Assembly (NCBI GenBank): GCA_964016885.1
Contig: OZ024743.1
Coordinates: 153,884,001 to 153,948,000 of the forward strand
Reading direction: 5' to 3'
Origin: Eledone cirrhosa
Taxonomy: Eukaryota
Length of the DNA: 64,000 bases
The position numbers and the translations under genes were made by a program. A model generated the notes under the pieces. The model saw nothing but the letters and a program-made list of their open reading frames with translations. It searched no databases and was not told the DNA's origin. Shown piece by piece: positions 37,140 through 50,567 of the stretch (within the stretch, counting starts at the first letter, position 1; each line of letters begins with the position of its first letter).

Positions 37140-38950
37140 TATAATAATAACCACAACGAAATGGTTTCATTTATTGGCCGCAAGGGCCGACATATAGGGG
37201 ACAATACAATAGACAGGGACATTGGGGGTTTACATATAAAACATGTTAAAAATATAAATAACAATAGCAAAATAATAAGAAAAATACAACAATGAAAAGG
37301 GTTGACTCAGGTACCCCACTAATCCTGAATGAGCCGATGATTCGAGGGCACCCAGGAAGGGCATCCATCTCCTCAAATTCACAAGCCTACAGGCGCATGA
37401 TCAGAGTAGGCCCGCTGACTCAGGCCATTCTCACCATATTCACCTACATTTTAGCAAATGTATTATGGGCAGCACTTCTCACTCCTCTTTCATTTTCCTT
37501 TCCAAGTGAAACTTGAAAAGATTGATGAGGGATTGGCCGATGAGGGATTGTCCTTTCAACCTGGTCCACCATACAAGCTCTTTCGCTACTGCTACCAGAC
37601 AGAAGAACATTGCCTGCCCTTCCTGACCAGAAGAACACGGCAGATCCGTTCTACGTGCGATAACAGCTGTTCGGCATAACTCCCAAAGTCAGTAATGCAT
37701 GGATACTGGACAATTGCATGAAAACGGTTTCATCAGGTTGCACGCATCTCAGGCAGCTCTGTCTGACAGCATTTCCATGACCCTCCGGTAGCATTGCCAA
37801 GTGAGGGATTTCTGGAAGTTATCCATCGTCCCTGGCTCAAAAGTCCGCAGGAAGAGACTGGTCAGTTCAACTTTGTCATCGCCCAGAGACTCTCCGAGTA
37901 CATCATCACACTTGCCCACCATTGATCCTCTATATAACTCAAGAGAGGAAGTTCCAGTGACCACACTGGAAGCCGAGTAGAGAGCAGTGAGTGCCTGGCA
38001 ACTTTCGGGTTGCTAGTCATCCAGTCTTGATCACTTCTTGAGCCAGGACTGCAGCTCAGTCAAAGAGACAAGTTGCATCAAGAACAGTCTGACAAACGAC
38101 GACCACACTTGCTGACCGTTTAGAAAAAATATCTGGAGATGCCGCAGCCTCAGCCCATGTCTGCGCATCTTTAGCCACAGCATTCCTAGACCTCCACGTA
38201 GAGGGTGCTGGCAGCAGATGGACTTCCTCACCAACGGAATCTGTCTCCTCCACAAGAGGTTGAAGAGAAGCCGTTCCAGCTTGGCAAGGTGCAGATGGGG
38301 GCAAGGCACAACGGTCAGGCTGTAGCGATGTTTGCATTTGCCACCTCTGATCAACCTGTCAGTGACAGCTTGCTTATGGGTCATTTCTGGTTAAAACTGG
38401 CTACCCTGATCATCACCTCTTCCCAATTCTTGTCCACCTGGAGGTCTGGTCCGAATTAAACCCTGAACTACTTTACCGGTCCTCAGTCCAGCACCCAACG
38501 ACGCTGTTTGACATCATGGACTTGCTTCTCGAGGAACCGAGCTGCAAGCCCACTGACTTTTCCGGGTTACGTTTCGCTCTCATCAACCTTTCATATTCCT
38601 CCAATAAGGTACCGACGACCTCAATTTCCTAGTTGTCCGACACCATTACGGTGATGTCGTCCACATAAGCCAACATATCTTTCCACCTCCCAGTTCAGAC
38701 TTGTAATAGCTCCAGCTTCCACAATAAAGGCTCGAGAGTCAATACGTACAGAAAGGAGGGGAGAGGGCATGCTTGACAGACTGATCTGGTGATCTGACAC
38801 GGTTCTGAAAATTGCACATTAACTTTGACCACCAAATAGAGGCCGCTGTGCATTGCAGTGATCCAGATTCTAAGACAGGGCCGAAACCAGCTGCCTTGAG
38901 GACAGTTGACCCTAATGAATGTATCCAGTCCAAATATTTTTCAGTGCCAT
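37140..38950 (-). mobile_element. Tx1 LINE 3' part (diverged subfamily)
   Basis: LKAAGFGP, LTVVPCP..LERLLF, MDNFQKSL.WQCYR; 3' end GGCCCTTGCGGCCAATAAATGAAA. Confidence 0.88.
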
Positions 38951-38969
38951 TTTTTATCATTTCAAGTCC

Positions 38970-39522
38970 ACCGGAGGGGCGCGTGCTCTGCGAAACGAGG
39001 GAACCAAAGCTGTTCAATTGGCCCACTTGGCAGAGGCGCAGCGTGGTAATAAAACCACAATTCAGTCTTTGACGGACCAAGATGGACACAAGCTGAGCAT
39101 TCCAGGTGGATGTGTGAGGCTTTTTGCCAGCACTTTGTTCAGTTGTTCGGGAGAAGTGGCGAGTCAGAAATGGTATCCGACTTCAGTCCTTAACTCTATG
39201 GCTTGCTACGCCTCTCGATGGCTGCCACTGAACACTGCCAAAGGTCGATAACTTCAGCTGAAATTCAGGATGCCCTTGTCGGCTACACGAGGAAAAAATC
39301 ACCCGGTTTGGATGGTCTGCCCTACAAGCTTTATTTAAATAGGCCAGACTTGTTCTCCGATCTCCTCGAAGCACTCTACTGCGACTGGCAGCAGAATGGT
39401 AGCATTCCCAATTTGTGAGCCGGGGTGTGGTGACGCTGATGAGGAAAGATGAGAACAAGAGGGACACATTAGATAACTTCAGGCCCATAACTCTGCTCAA
39501 CACAGAGTTTAAGATTTTGGCC
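38970..39522 (+). mobile_element. Inverted upstream segment of Tx1 ORF2
   Basis: RARALRNEGTKAVQ .. KSPGLDGLPY .. FRPITLLNTEFKILA. Confidence 0.88.
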
Positions 39523-39785
39523 GGATACCTGGAAAGCCAGTGCTACAAGAGATACAGAAAATAATGCTGACTGGTACTGTCCATGTCCTAAAAAGGGCAT
39601 TATCAATTTAAAATCTGTGCATGCACATTTATTGTTGTTTGTGCCCTTGTGACATCATTTGTGTGATGATTGTAAAATGCGTGTATTATCAAATTTTGCC
39701 TCAGGTGCCAGGTTGACACTTGACATGATTTGGAAAGAAGCAGAACTCAAAGGAAGTTTTAAATCATCATAATAATGATAATGCT
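39523..39785 (+). mobile_element. R4/Dong 3' end fragment
   Basis: IPGKPVLQEIQKIMLTGTVHVLKRALSI* parallels IPGNPRIGEIQKMLLMATAHILKKIL; ends in a degenerate (TAA)n. Confidence 0.75.
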
Positions 39786-39849
39786 TTGCTATTGTTCCTC
39801 ATGTCTAGAAATCTTCAAGATGGAAAACAACAACCAGTGTCTGAGAGTC

Positions 39850-40350
39850 AGTGATTGTGGGTTTATCTCGAAACCCTGCTGTTACATGGGACACAGATTG
39901 ACATTCAACTGGGTCCATCGTCAAAATCTCCCAGCCGTCCTTCCTTAGCGACTACTGATTAATGTCTTTAGGTTTTATATGAAGAGTAACATCAGGGTGA
40001 AGAAAGGAGTTCTGCTTTCAAAGAAAATGTTGTAACGTGAGTAAAATACGTGAGAATGGCCTGAGTGAATGGGCCTGCTCTAAGCGTGTAACAGTATATT
40101 AAGGCAGGAAACCTGGAAAAGATCATTGGCTCCAGCAGTCAGGTTGACTGTGGCTTTTGTGGTCTTCTCTATGAGGAACCCATGAAAATCTCCCTCCTAT
40201 GGGGGAATTTATTTTGTTTCTATTTTGTTGTTATTTCCTTTGTTTTTGTTTTATAGTTACTTTTACATGCAGAAACCCACATTATACTGTCCTGTGCTGT
40301 CTTTAATGTATTTTTATGTAAACCCTTTTTTGGTCAATAAAGAAAACACT
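39850..40350 (+). mobile_element. Tx1 3' fragment
   Basis: Aligns with 26745-27342; AATAAAGAAAACA then TTA repeats. Confidence 0.85.
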
Positions 40351-40369
40351 TATCATTATTATTATTATA

Positions 40370-40770
40370 AGGCGGTGGATTGGCAGTATTGGTAGAGGGT
40401 CGGACGCCATGCTTTGACGCATGGAGTTACGACGCTTGCTATTCCGAGTACAAATCCCGCTTTCATCCTTACGGAGTCGGTAAAATAAAGTACTAGTAAT
40501 GCACTGGGATAATTGCAGGCCTTGTGCCAAAACTAGAAACAATTATTATTATTACTATTATTATGAGGGAGGTGGATTTACAGTATCGGTAGAGGGTCGG
40601 ACGCCATGCTTTCCAGCATAGTTACGTCCCTTTACGATCTGAGTTCAAATCCCACCGAGGTTGACTTTGCCTTTCATCCCTACGGGGTCGATAAAATAAA
40701 GTACCAGTAATGCACTGGGTAATTGCTGGCCTTGTGCCTAAAGTAGAAACAATTATTACTATTATTATTA
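40370..40770 (+). mobile_element. Two tandem SINE family A copies
   Basis: 40370-40550 (internal deletion) and 40567-40760 (full length), each ending in (TTA)n. Confidence 0.9.
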
Positions 40771-40771
40771 T

Positions 40772-43700
40772 TCTTTGAGTTTCAGTCATTGATTTGATTT
40801 AACTGGAAAGTTTCTTGAAATGAATACCAAGCCGTTACCTGCAGCCTCAGATATTCTGGACGTATCGGAGGGTTCTTGCTGTTTCCAGCAAGCATGCCTT
40901 TTGAAGTGTTCCGAAAAGCGGGGCAGGACTAATTTTCTTTAACCATCCTTGGAATCTCTTTGAGATAGTACCTAGGGCACCTATGAGAATCGGGACGACT
41001 CTGACTTCATGGCAGTTCCAAATCTTTTTACCTCCCACTTTAAGTCCTGGTATCGGTTAACTTTCTCTCTCTCCTTTTCTTGCACTCTCGTGTCAAATGG
41101 GCAGGCTACATCTACAACCAGGCACGATCTTTTTTCCTTGTCCAAAACCACCAGGTCAGGCCTATTGTGTTCCAGTTTCTTGTCTCTCTGTATCCTAAAA
41201 TCCCATAGCACCTTCACCTGATCGTTTTCTATCGCCGACTCTGGCTTATGCTCATACCACTTCTCAGAATGTGGTAAATTGTTTACTTTGCATAGGTGCC
41301 AGTGGTCACCCTGCCCATCACATCATGTCTCCAGCCTTTATAGTGGGTCTGGGCTAGGTTTTTACACTCGGATACAATGTGAGCCACAGTCTCCTCTCTC
41401 TCTCTCCACAGATCCTACACAGTGGGCTAGCCTCCTCCTCGTAAATATCATGTTTCACTCACTTCATTCTGAGGGCCTGCTCTTGCGCAGCCATTAGCAT
41501 TCCTTCTATAGCCTTTTTAAGGTTTCCTGTTTTTAACCAATTCCATGTCTGTGGATCTCTAAATTCAGTTTTCTCAAAGAAGGTACTATGAAGGGATTTT
41601 TCATGAAGGTTGCTCTTCCTCCTTGTTGTTATTTCCTCCTTGGACATCCCCTGGTCTGTTGTCCTCTGCTTCAGTACAATTTTGAGCATTGGCTCCCTAT
41701 TGTCACTCACGGATTTGTGCAGGTTTTCTTTCTCCATGTAAATACAGTCCTCTATGCAGATAAGACCTCTTCCACATTCATATCTCTTTAAGTAGAGTCT
41801 ATCGACATCCCTACTCTTGTGGAGCATGTTGTAGATAGTCAATAGCTTCCCAGTCTTCCTATCCATTTCTTTTTGTCCAGCAACATTCCATTTTAGAATT
41901 CCCGCACTGTACCTAATAATAGACAGCTCGGAAATTCACTGCACTTTTGACATTCCTACTATTTAGATGTGATTTTAATACGCGACTTACTCTCCTAAGG
42001 TACTCAGATCTTATCGATTCCTTCATTTCTTTGTTCTTGATGTCATCTGCCTCCAGAATAGCTAAATATTTGTATCCTTCTTCAGTATCAATTTCCTTTA
42101 TCATCTCACCTGTTGGTACCTGGATTCCGTTGCTTCTGCTCAATTTACCTCTCATCATCACTAGGAATCCACACTTATTAATACCAAATTCCATACATAT
42201 ATCATTGCGGAAAATACGGACAGTGTCAACAAGTACAACCAACTCCTTCTCACTCTTCCCAAAGAGTTTAAGATCGTCCATGAAGAGAAGGTGGTTGATG
42301 GCAAGCAACCTTTTCCCAAATTGTATCCTGCTCTCACTTTTCCTTGAATATTGGTCAGGGGCATCAGGGAAAGCACAAACAACAGAGGGGACAAACTATC
42401 TCCCTGAAAGATACCTCTCTTGATCTTCACGCCTCCCAAGGATTCTAAACCCGATGTTAACTCTGTTTCCCAGGACTTCATACATTTGCTCAACAACTGT
42501 CTGACGTTATCTGCCACCTTGAAGATCTGTAGGCTTTTGGTTATCCAATAATGAGGTACGATGTCGAATGCCTTTTTGTAATCTATCCATCCCATGGCAA
42601 GACCAATGTGTCTCGCCTTGCAATTCCTCATTACCATCTTATCAATAAGTAACTGGTCTTTTGTACCACGGGACTTTTTTTCGCATCTTTTCTATTCGTC
42701 CGGTAACAAAGTTGTTTATGTGGAGGTGATGTTAGATTTCCTCAGGCACAATGCTTGATAACAGTTTCCACATTACGGACAGACATGTGAGAGGTCTATA
42801 GTTGGTAACATCATTACCCTTGATTCGGTCTTTCATTATCAGAACTGTGGTACCTTTTGTCAACCACTCTGGTACCTCACCGGACATCAAGCAGTCATTG
42901 AACATGGTTGACAGTTTCGGGTGGAGGGATGTTATATTTTTAATCCAATACCCCTGCACACCATCTGGGCCTGGTTATTTCCAATTGGTTAGTTTTTTGG
43001 CCTGCCCCTTAAGAGTTTCAACTGTGATACTCAAATCAGTTTGTTGGTGTTCCTGTTCACTAATCTCCTTCTGTACTGTCTCAATCCACACTGCCTGGTC
43101 ATTATGTTTAACATCCTGCTCCCATATTCCTCTCCAGAATGTTTTAGTTTGTTCCGCCTCAGGGATCAAGTCGTTGCCTCTTTCTTTTCCTTCAAGCTAT
43201 CCAAACAGCATCTTCTGGTTGTTGTCGAACATGCTGTTCTGTCTATACTGACTGACTCTGTTCTCGTATCGCCTGATTTTTGCACTCTTTGCTACAATGC
43301 GTTGCTTCAGTTCCTCTATAATAATATTTAGCTTTTTCCTCCTAGTTTTGTACTTTATTTCCAGTCTATTTTTAGTGTCTATGTTTTTTATTGTCCCATT
43401 AAGTAGGGACTCAAGCTTTCCAATGTCATTTCTCATTTCCCTGATTTGACCACTCAGTTGTTTCTTCCACCAAGGCTCTGATCTTTCTTGTTTGTTGTTT
43501 CCTCTCGCTTTTATACCAAGCAGTTTCCTCACCGTATTTACTGTTGCTTTGAGGATATTGTTGCACTGGTGAAGGCTCCTCGCCTCAAGGTATGGGATGA
43601 CTTTGTTTACCTTAGCTGTTGTTTCTTTTAACTTTTTCCTGTCAACAAATCTTAGGTTCATAGGTTTCCCCCTATCCTAGTTCAATTCCTCTACCACTAA

Positions 43701-44400
43701 GTTTAGGATATCAACCAAATCTTGTCCTAGCCCGTCAGCATTCATCTCCTCAGTGGCCGTAACTCTGTTCCAGGTATTATTTATCTCAGCATTCAGATCA
43801 TTGTCTGCTTCGGGTGGTTCCTCCGTTTTCTCGACCTCCTCACCTTGATTTCCCACTGGCTCGTTTGCCTGGCATACTCCACACTCCATTTCCAACCTAA
43901 TCTCTCTGCTCAGTTCCTCTAGTTCCAGCTCGCTTATCCACCCATTAGATATTATTACCCGAGCCTGCCGGCCAATTTTTGTTCATCTAATTTATATAGA
44001 CCAATCTCGTTCCAGATGTTATGCATCCGTTTCCTATAGCCTTTCTCCTTGGGGTTACTCTTCAGGTAACATTGCATAACAGTTCTATTCAATTCTTTCG
44101 TCCAGTTGGTTCTTGTCCCTTTCCTTCTTCTTCTTCCTCCGACACCAGCAGTATTTTTTTGACAGCCAGGTCCCTGCTGCTGAGCCAGGGAGCACCTGTT
44201 GGGTGAGAGTCTGTCACATGACATTCTAGTCTCCATTTCACCGTTATTTGAACTGTTTAGGTTCGACATTTAAACACTCTTATCGAGGATTGGCGAATGT
44301 ATGGTTACATAACCACCGGTGAATTACTTGTCTCCGGTGGTTTCGTCACTCCACGTGACTTGTGTGTGGCATTATCACGCTGTAGAAGAACCCAAATAAA
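40772..44400 (-). mobile_element. Near full-length R4/Dong LINE (single-ORF RT + RLE), pseudogenised
   Basis: N-terminal WTKELNRTVMQCY..GYRKRM; [41 protein letters not shown]; RLE HNRPDLVV..VDVACP; (TAA)n tail. Confidence 0.93.
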
Positions 44401-44409
44401 CAAACATAC

Positions 44410-45858
44410 AAACATGCAGAAAAAACCCTAAAAATGAATAAGCATAAGTTTCATTGTAATGTAGTGTTTGAATGTCTGACTTAGTTTTTCCCTTCCCTTC
44501 TCTGTCCGTCCGTTTCTTTTTCTCTTCATTTTTATTTCCTTTACGTTTTTCGTTGTTGCTCTGCTGCTTTGATTTTTATTTTTGTTTTTTTTTATTTTGA
44601 CCGGGTCATCAATTCAGACTATTTATATATTTTGATGCCTTGCTCTTTTAGTGAGAATTTTACAATGTAGCAGGGGCTAGCGGGAGAGAAAAGCGGTGGT
44701 AGTGACAATGAGGCAGCGGTGGCGATGGCGGCAGCAACTAGCAGAAGGCAGTTGGAGAGAATAGCGGCGGTAGCGGTAATGAAGCAGCGACGGTGGCGAT
44801 GTGGTCGTATTACTGTAGCGATGGTGTTGAAGATGGAGTAGAAATTTGAGTCGACTTGACCAGAGTTTTCATCGTGGCAGTGGTGGCGGCACTGGTGCTG
44901 AAATTATCTTTAGTGAAATTATCATTAGTCGCGTATATGTGTTGACATATTTTTCTTAATATTGGAATTAAACATTTTGTTAAAACTAAAACTCGATTTT
45001 TCTTTTTTTTTTCTTTTATTTTGACCGGGTCCTCAATTCAGTCTATTTATATATTTTGATGTTTTCCTCTTTTAGTGAGAATTCTAAAAAGTAGCAGGGG
45101 ATAGCAGGAGAGAATAGCGGCGGTAGTGATATTGAGGCAGCGGCGGCGGTGGTGGTGGCGGTGCTGTGCCAGTAGCAACTAGCAGGAGGTAGTGGGAGAG
45201 AGTAGCGGCGGTAGCGATAATGAAGCGGTGGTGGTGGTGATGTGGTCGTATTACTGTAGTGATGGTGTTGAAGTTGGAGTAGAAATTTGAGTCGACTTGA
45301 TCAGAGATTTCATCGTGGCAGTGGTGGAGGTATTGTTGGAGAAATTATCTTTAGTGAAATTATCTTTAGTCGCGTATATGTGTTGACATATTTTCTTAAT
45401 ATTGGAATTAAACATTTTGTTATAACTAAAACTTGAGGCAATAGCAATAGTAATTATTATTATTATGCTGAGATTGGTGGTGGTGGTGGTGGTGAAATTG
45501 ACGTCATCTGGCTGTTGTGTTTAGTGTACACAGAGGGGTGATGGTGTAGGTGGTGTATCTAGCTTCTGATGTTGGTGAAATTGCTGTTATTTGGCTGTTC
45601 TATTTAGTGTAGACAGGGGGGTTTTCTTCCATTTATAACCATTTTCTTTTTTGAATATAAAATGTATAATACAAAATTGAATATTTGAGCGATATAACAA
45701 TATATTATGGATCCGAATTTTTTGGGACTCAAGCCGGATGTTTTATGCAACATTTGTACTAAGAATTGTTATTTCACAATTGATTTAAATATGTTAAAAA
45801 ATCAAAACTTACGGGAGGGATTTCTCGACCTTCTATCCACTATGTGTGTCTTCTTCCC
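44410..45858 (-). mobile_element. Probable 5' end (UTR + ORF1 start) of another LINE, with a ~425-bp tandem duplication
   Basis: Reverse complement has CGGCTTGAGTCCCAAAAAATT, like the Tx1 5'UTR GGCTTTGAGCCCAAAATTT; ATG near 45640; Thr/Pro-rich; units ~44590-44995 and ~45015-45435. Confidence 0.5.

Positions 45859-45905
<47 letters not shown>
45859..45905. repeat. (TTA)n microsatellite
   Basis: Direct reading. Confidence 0.97.
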
Positions 45906-48900
45906 GGCGACTTACGTAGGAAAACGTTTTACCATGAGCTCCTAAATGTTTGTAGTTGTTTTGAATTGCCAGTTATGGAAATCTTTTGTTGTTAACTCTT
46001 TATAAGTTCATATATATTGCTTTCTGAAAAGGACACTCAATAAAATTGGGGCCTTGAGCCCAAATTTAAACTTTATATTGTCAAACAAACAATTTAAAAA
46101 AAAAAAAAAAGCATGGACGGTTACACCTCCCCAAATTAAGCCAGCCGTCATGTGACAACGGCTATAACATAGACATTGCTTACACCACCACCATTGTGAA
46201 CCTTGCTACCATTGGCAAAACCGATATCGTTTTCGCTAACAGCAGCAGCATCACCAGCAATAGCAGTCACCAAAGTTTGTCCTGTGCAGACGTAGACTTT
46301 CTACCTTTACCAATGTCTACAGGTGTTAAAGCCGCCATCTCCACCACCACAATGTTGAGGAGTACAGCCAACACCAATGATACCACCACCAACACCACTG
46401 ATACCACCACCGCCACCACCAGACAGAAACAACTGAAACAAAAAAATTATCTCGTGATAACAAAATGCATTCTCCCACAATGTCGACAGTCACGTTGAAC
46501 GCCACTGACACCACCACCACAGCAACAATGTATACACAAAATTATAATAACAAAAATAGCATTAAGAATAACAACAACAACCACAGCGCAAAACCAAAAG
46601 CGGTGAACAAGAACGAAACAATTGAGGTAAACCAGGAACAACCGAATGAGGCCAGGCGAATGTTGAAGAAAAATGGTGATAGGTTCAGTCTGACTCCTCC
46701 ATCAAACAGCATGCAACATCGGCAGCTATGTAAGGTATCATACCGTAGAATTAGCCCATATGGAGACATATTGTGACGAGAATGTGGGGTGGAAAATTAT
46801 CAGTAAAAAAAAAAGAAACCAGAAAAGAATGAACATTCTTCCTTTGCCTTCCAGAAAAATGGACAGCGAAACAAATAAACAAAAAAAAACAAGAAAGTTA
46901 AGACAGTGACACCGCCACCACCCCCACAAACATCGCCAGCCCCATCACCACAAACACCAACACCATCGCCATCATCAACCCTAACACCACCATCAACAAC
47001 ACCATGAAAAACACCAAGAACCAAAACAGAAACAACCCCACAACAAACATAAATGCAACAAAACGACCAAACCGAAACTTAATAATAAACATTTATTGCA
47101 CTACATCCAACACAACACCAGCATCACAAAGAAAAACTACACCAAAATTTCACAACACCCACACACATTCAAATCACGCGTAGCACACAGAAAACATTCT
47201 CAACCCTAAAAGGAAAATTCCCCAAGGACATCGGAGATTTCTGGCAAACACTTTCTAGGATGATATATAAAGATATCCTACCGGAGAGGGCCACCAACAG
47301 TCAGAAGGACAGAAAAACCATCTTTCCTCCAACAAGAACTGAGGTAAGTGATCTTTGCTACCCTTTGCCACTCTTTTTCAACATGACCATAACCAGAATA
47401 GGCAGTAAAAATGCACGTGGCCTGGGGTCGTCATGGAAGCAGGGTCACCTGCACAACAACCTCAGGTCAATGATCATCAATGGGGTGGCCATCAGTGAGA
47501 CCATAATTTCTGCGGCACAAGCCTTCACACCCATCTTCAGCGGTTACGATATGTATGCACCTCCAAGCCGGAGAGGGTCAGGCGGTGGAGTCGCTGTGTT
47601 GTTTTGGAGAGGCCTGGATCTCATGATACAGACCATCTTCCTGGACCCAGGATGTAAGTCACTGGTGCTGGATGTGACCAGCAACAAAGGCTATGCGCTT
47701 AGGCTAGTGGCTGTTTATGCCCCGACAAGGGAAGGACGGCTTGATTTCTTCAGGTGTATGGAAACCTTCCTAGGAACGTCTCACACTTTAATGTAAGTGG
47801 GCGATTAGAATGGAATCTTGGATGCATGCTGGGATTGTGGGTTAGCGGATAGAAGAGGAGTGTGTAAAAGACTCGCAAACCTGCTCAAACGTTTTCAACT
47901 GTTTGACAGTTACAAACTGGATTTCCCGAATGTGCCAATTTGGACATGGACAAACTGCATTGGATCATCCAGATTGTATCTAGATAGAGTATTTTGTAAG
48001 GAAATAGATAGTTCTAGCATAGGATGTCCGCCATTCAAGATAGTCAACTACACAGATCACAATTTGTGATATGTGTGGTTGACTTACATAGGCTTCATCG
48101 AGAGGGGCTCAGTTACTGGAAGCTAAATGCATTGCTGACAATGCGCAAAGCCTATAGAAATCGAGTTAGCAAAGTAGTTAAGCAGGCGTTGGCAGGAGCA
48201 GTCATCAACATGGTGGTTCACCCTAAAAAGGGCGATTAGAATATAATCCATTAGGTTCAGTAAGGCGTTAGCAATAGAGAAAAATAGAGCAGAACGAGAT
48301 TTACTTAGAAATCTAGAGGCATTTATTAAAGGCATCGTGGCCGATGTGCTTGCGGTGAAATTGGCACTCCAGCAATTCTTCAACGCAAAGCACGATGGCT
48401 CTATTGTCGGTAGCAGGGTGCGTGTTCTCAGAGACATGGGGACAAAAGCTGTTCAATGGGCCTAAGTGGCAAAGGCGCACCGTGGCAGCAAATCTACGAT
48501 CTGGTGTTTAGAGGACCATGATGAGTGCATGTTATTTGAATCTAGACAAATGTGTGCGGCTTTTCAGTGGCACTTTGCTCCGCTATTCGGAAGCAATGGT
48601 AGGTCGTATTACAGGATAGACTTTAGCGCCTACTTCAAAGGACTACCGTGGTTCTTGGTCACTGAGGCGGAGTGTTGCAAAAAGCCATTAACAACTGCTG
48701 AAGTATGGATGGCATTGACTGATTGCCCGATGGGTAAATCACCTGGTTTTGGATGGTCTACCTTACGAGCTTTACGTACATATGCCAGGCTTGTTTGGCA
48801 GCCTTTTGGTGTATGTCTGTTGCAACTGGCAGGAGAACGGGAGAATTCCCAGCTCCGTGAGCTGAAGCGCAGCAGCGCTGCTGAGAAAGAATCGAACAAG

Positions 48901-49585
48901 TGGGAAAGCATAGATAATTTCAGGCCCATATATCTGCTAAATGCAGAGTTCAAGATTTTAGGTAAGGTGCTAGCAAAAGGTTGGCACTTGTTGTCGGTTG
49001 TCTGGTGGGAGAAGCGCAGAGATACACCATCCCAGACAGATCCATCCACGACAACCTCTACCTCGTGCGATGCACCATGGTTAGGAAGCTAATGAACCTG
49101 GCACGGGTTGGTCCTTGATAAATCAGTCGAAAGCTTTTGATAGAGTCGACCATCGGTATCTGTTGGCAGTCTTAAGGGCAGCCGGCTTTGGGCCCATCTT
49201 CAGAGGCTGAATCATTGCCATGCACAGTGACATCTGCTCTGTGGTGAGAGTGAACGGTCACCTTTCGGAACCGTTCCACATCATGCACTTGGTCTGCCAA
49301 GAAGGTCCCCTTTAGTCCCTGTTGTACGTATTGACTCTCAAGCCACTACTACAGAAATGTTGGGATGTGGGAGAACCATGTCAGCATATGTGAACAACGT
49401 CACCGTAGTAGTGTCAAGCGCCAACATATTGAGGTGATCACTAAGAGATTACGAGGCGGTGACAGGAGCAAAATGAACCAGGATAATTGGTGGGCCTGCG
49501 GCTTGGCATATGGAGAGGTGCTGGAAGGACGATTCGGTTAAATTGCTTGGATCTGGTTCGGCCCGGTCCATCAGACCGACAAAAG
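45906..49585 (+). mobile_element. Tx1 LINE with intact 5' end, internal deletion in ORF1, 3'-truncated
   Basis: Starts GGCGAC after TTATT as at 21623; homologous 5'UTR, ORF1 ends, EN and RT. Confidence 0.9.
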
Positions 49586-50377
49586 ATTCTTTGTTTTTTT
49601 TTTCAAATAATTATATTTAGTTCCTTTTATCAAATAGAATAGCCAGGGAAAATATCCAGGGATACCTGTTGCATGAATATATAACAAGGTATAGAATCAC
49701 TGCTAACATAGTTGATACAGTGAGTCACAAATTGTTAAGTTATGCTTATAGAATTGAGATAACATCATTAATCCTAATGATTAACTTCAGTTAAGAAAAG
49801 CAGGGATGACAAGAATTAAATATATTAGAGGCCAGAAGAAATTTCAGTTTCATGTTATAAAGGATTATGAAAAGCATTTAAGAAAAAAGATGTGAATGAT
49901 GATTATACTGATGTTGATCATGATAAAGATAACGTTAAACACTCATTGTATGAACAGTGATATTTCGTCTACCATCATTCACTAAATCTTTCACCTGTGT
50001 CTCTCTCTTTCTTTCTGTGCACTAAGATTAGTATTTATTCACACAAATTTATCATAGGGGACAACCTACTATGCTTGCAACAGCCTCAAGTATGTTGTGA
50101 AATTACTATTCATATCATATTCAAATCAGTAAATTACATTTAGTAGTAATTTTTTTATTCGAAATTGTAGTCCCCAGTCAAATGTACCACTACCTTTAAA
50201 ATTCAAAAAAATATTATAGCTAAATATTACTATTACTGAAAACTAATTAGTCAACATGACATCAGTTTATAGTCAAAGATTAATTTCATCTCTTTTCAAT
50301 ACCTTACTATTCCTTTGGCTGCACATTTGATCTGATTTGAATAAAACTGTATCCATTGGCTTTCTTCTTCTTACCAT

Positions 50378-50567
50378 TATTAATTGTTTCTACTTATGGC
50401 ACAAGGCCAGCAAATAACCAGTGCATTACTGGTACTTTATTTTATCGACCCCGTAAGGATGAAAGGCAAAGTTAACCTCGGCGGGATTTGAACTCAGTCC
50501 GTGAAGGGACGTAACTGTGCTGCAAAGCATAGCGTCCGACCTCTACCGATACTGCCAATTCACTGCC
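50378..50567 (-). mobile_element. Full-length SINE family A with apparent TSD
   Basis: Complete head and body. CTTCTTACCATTATTAAT occurs on both sides (~50367-50384 and ~50568-50585), consistent with a ~17-18 bp target-site duplication. Confidence 0.9.
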
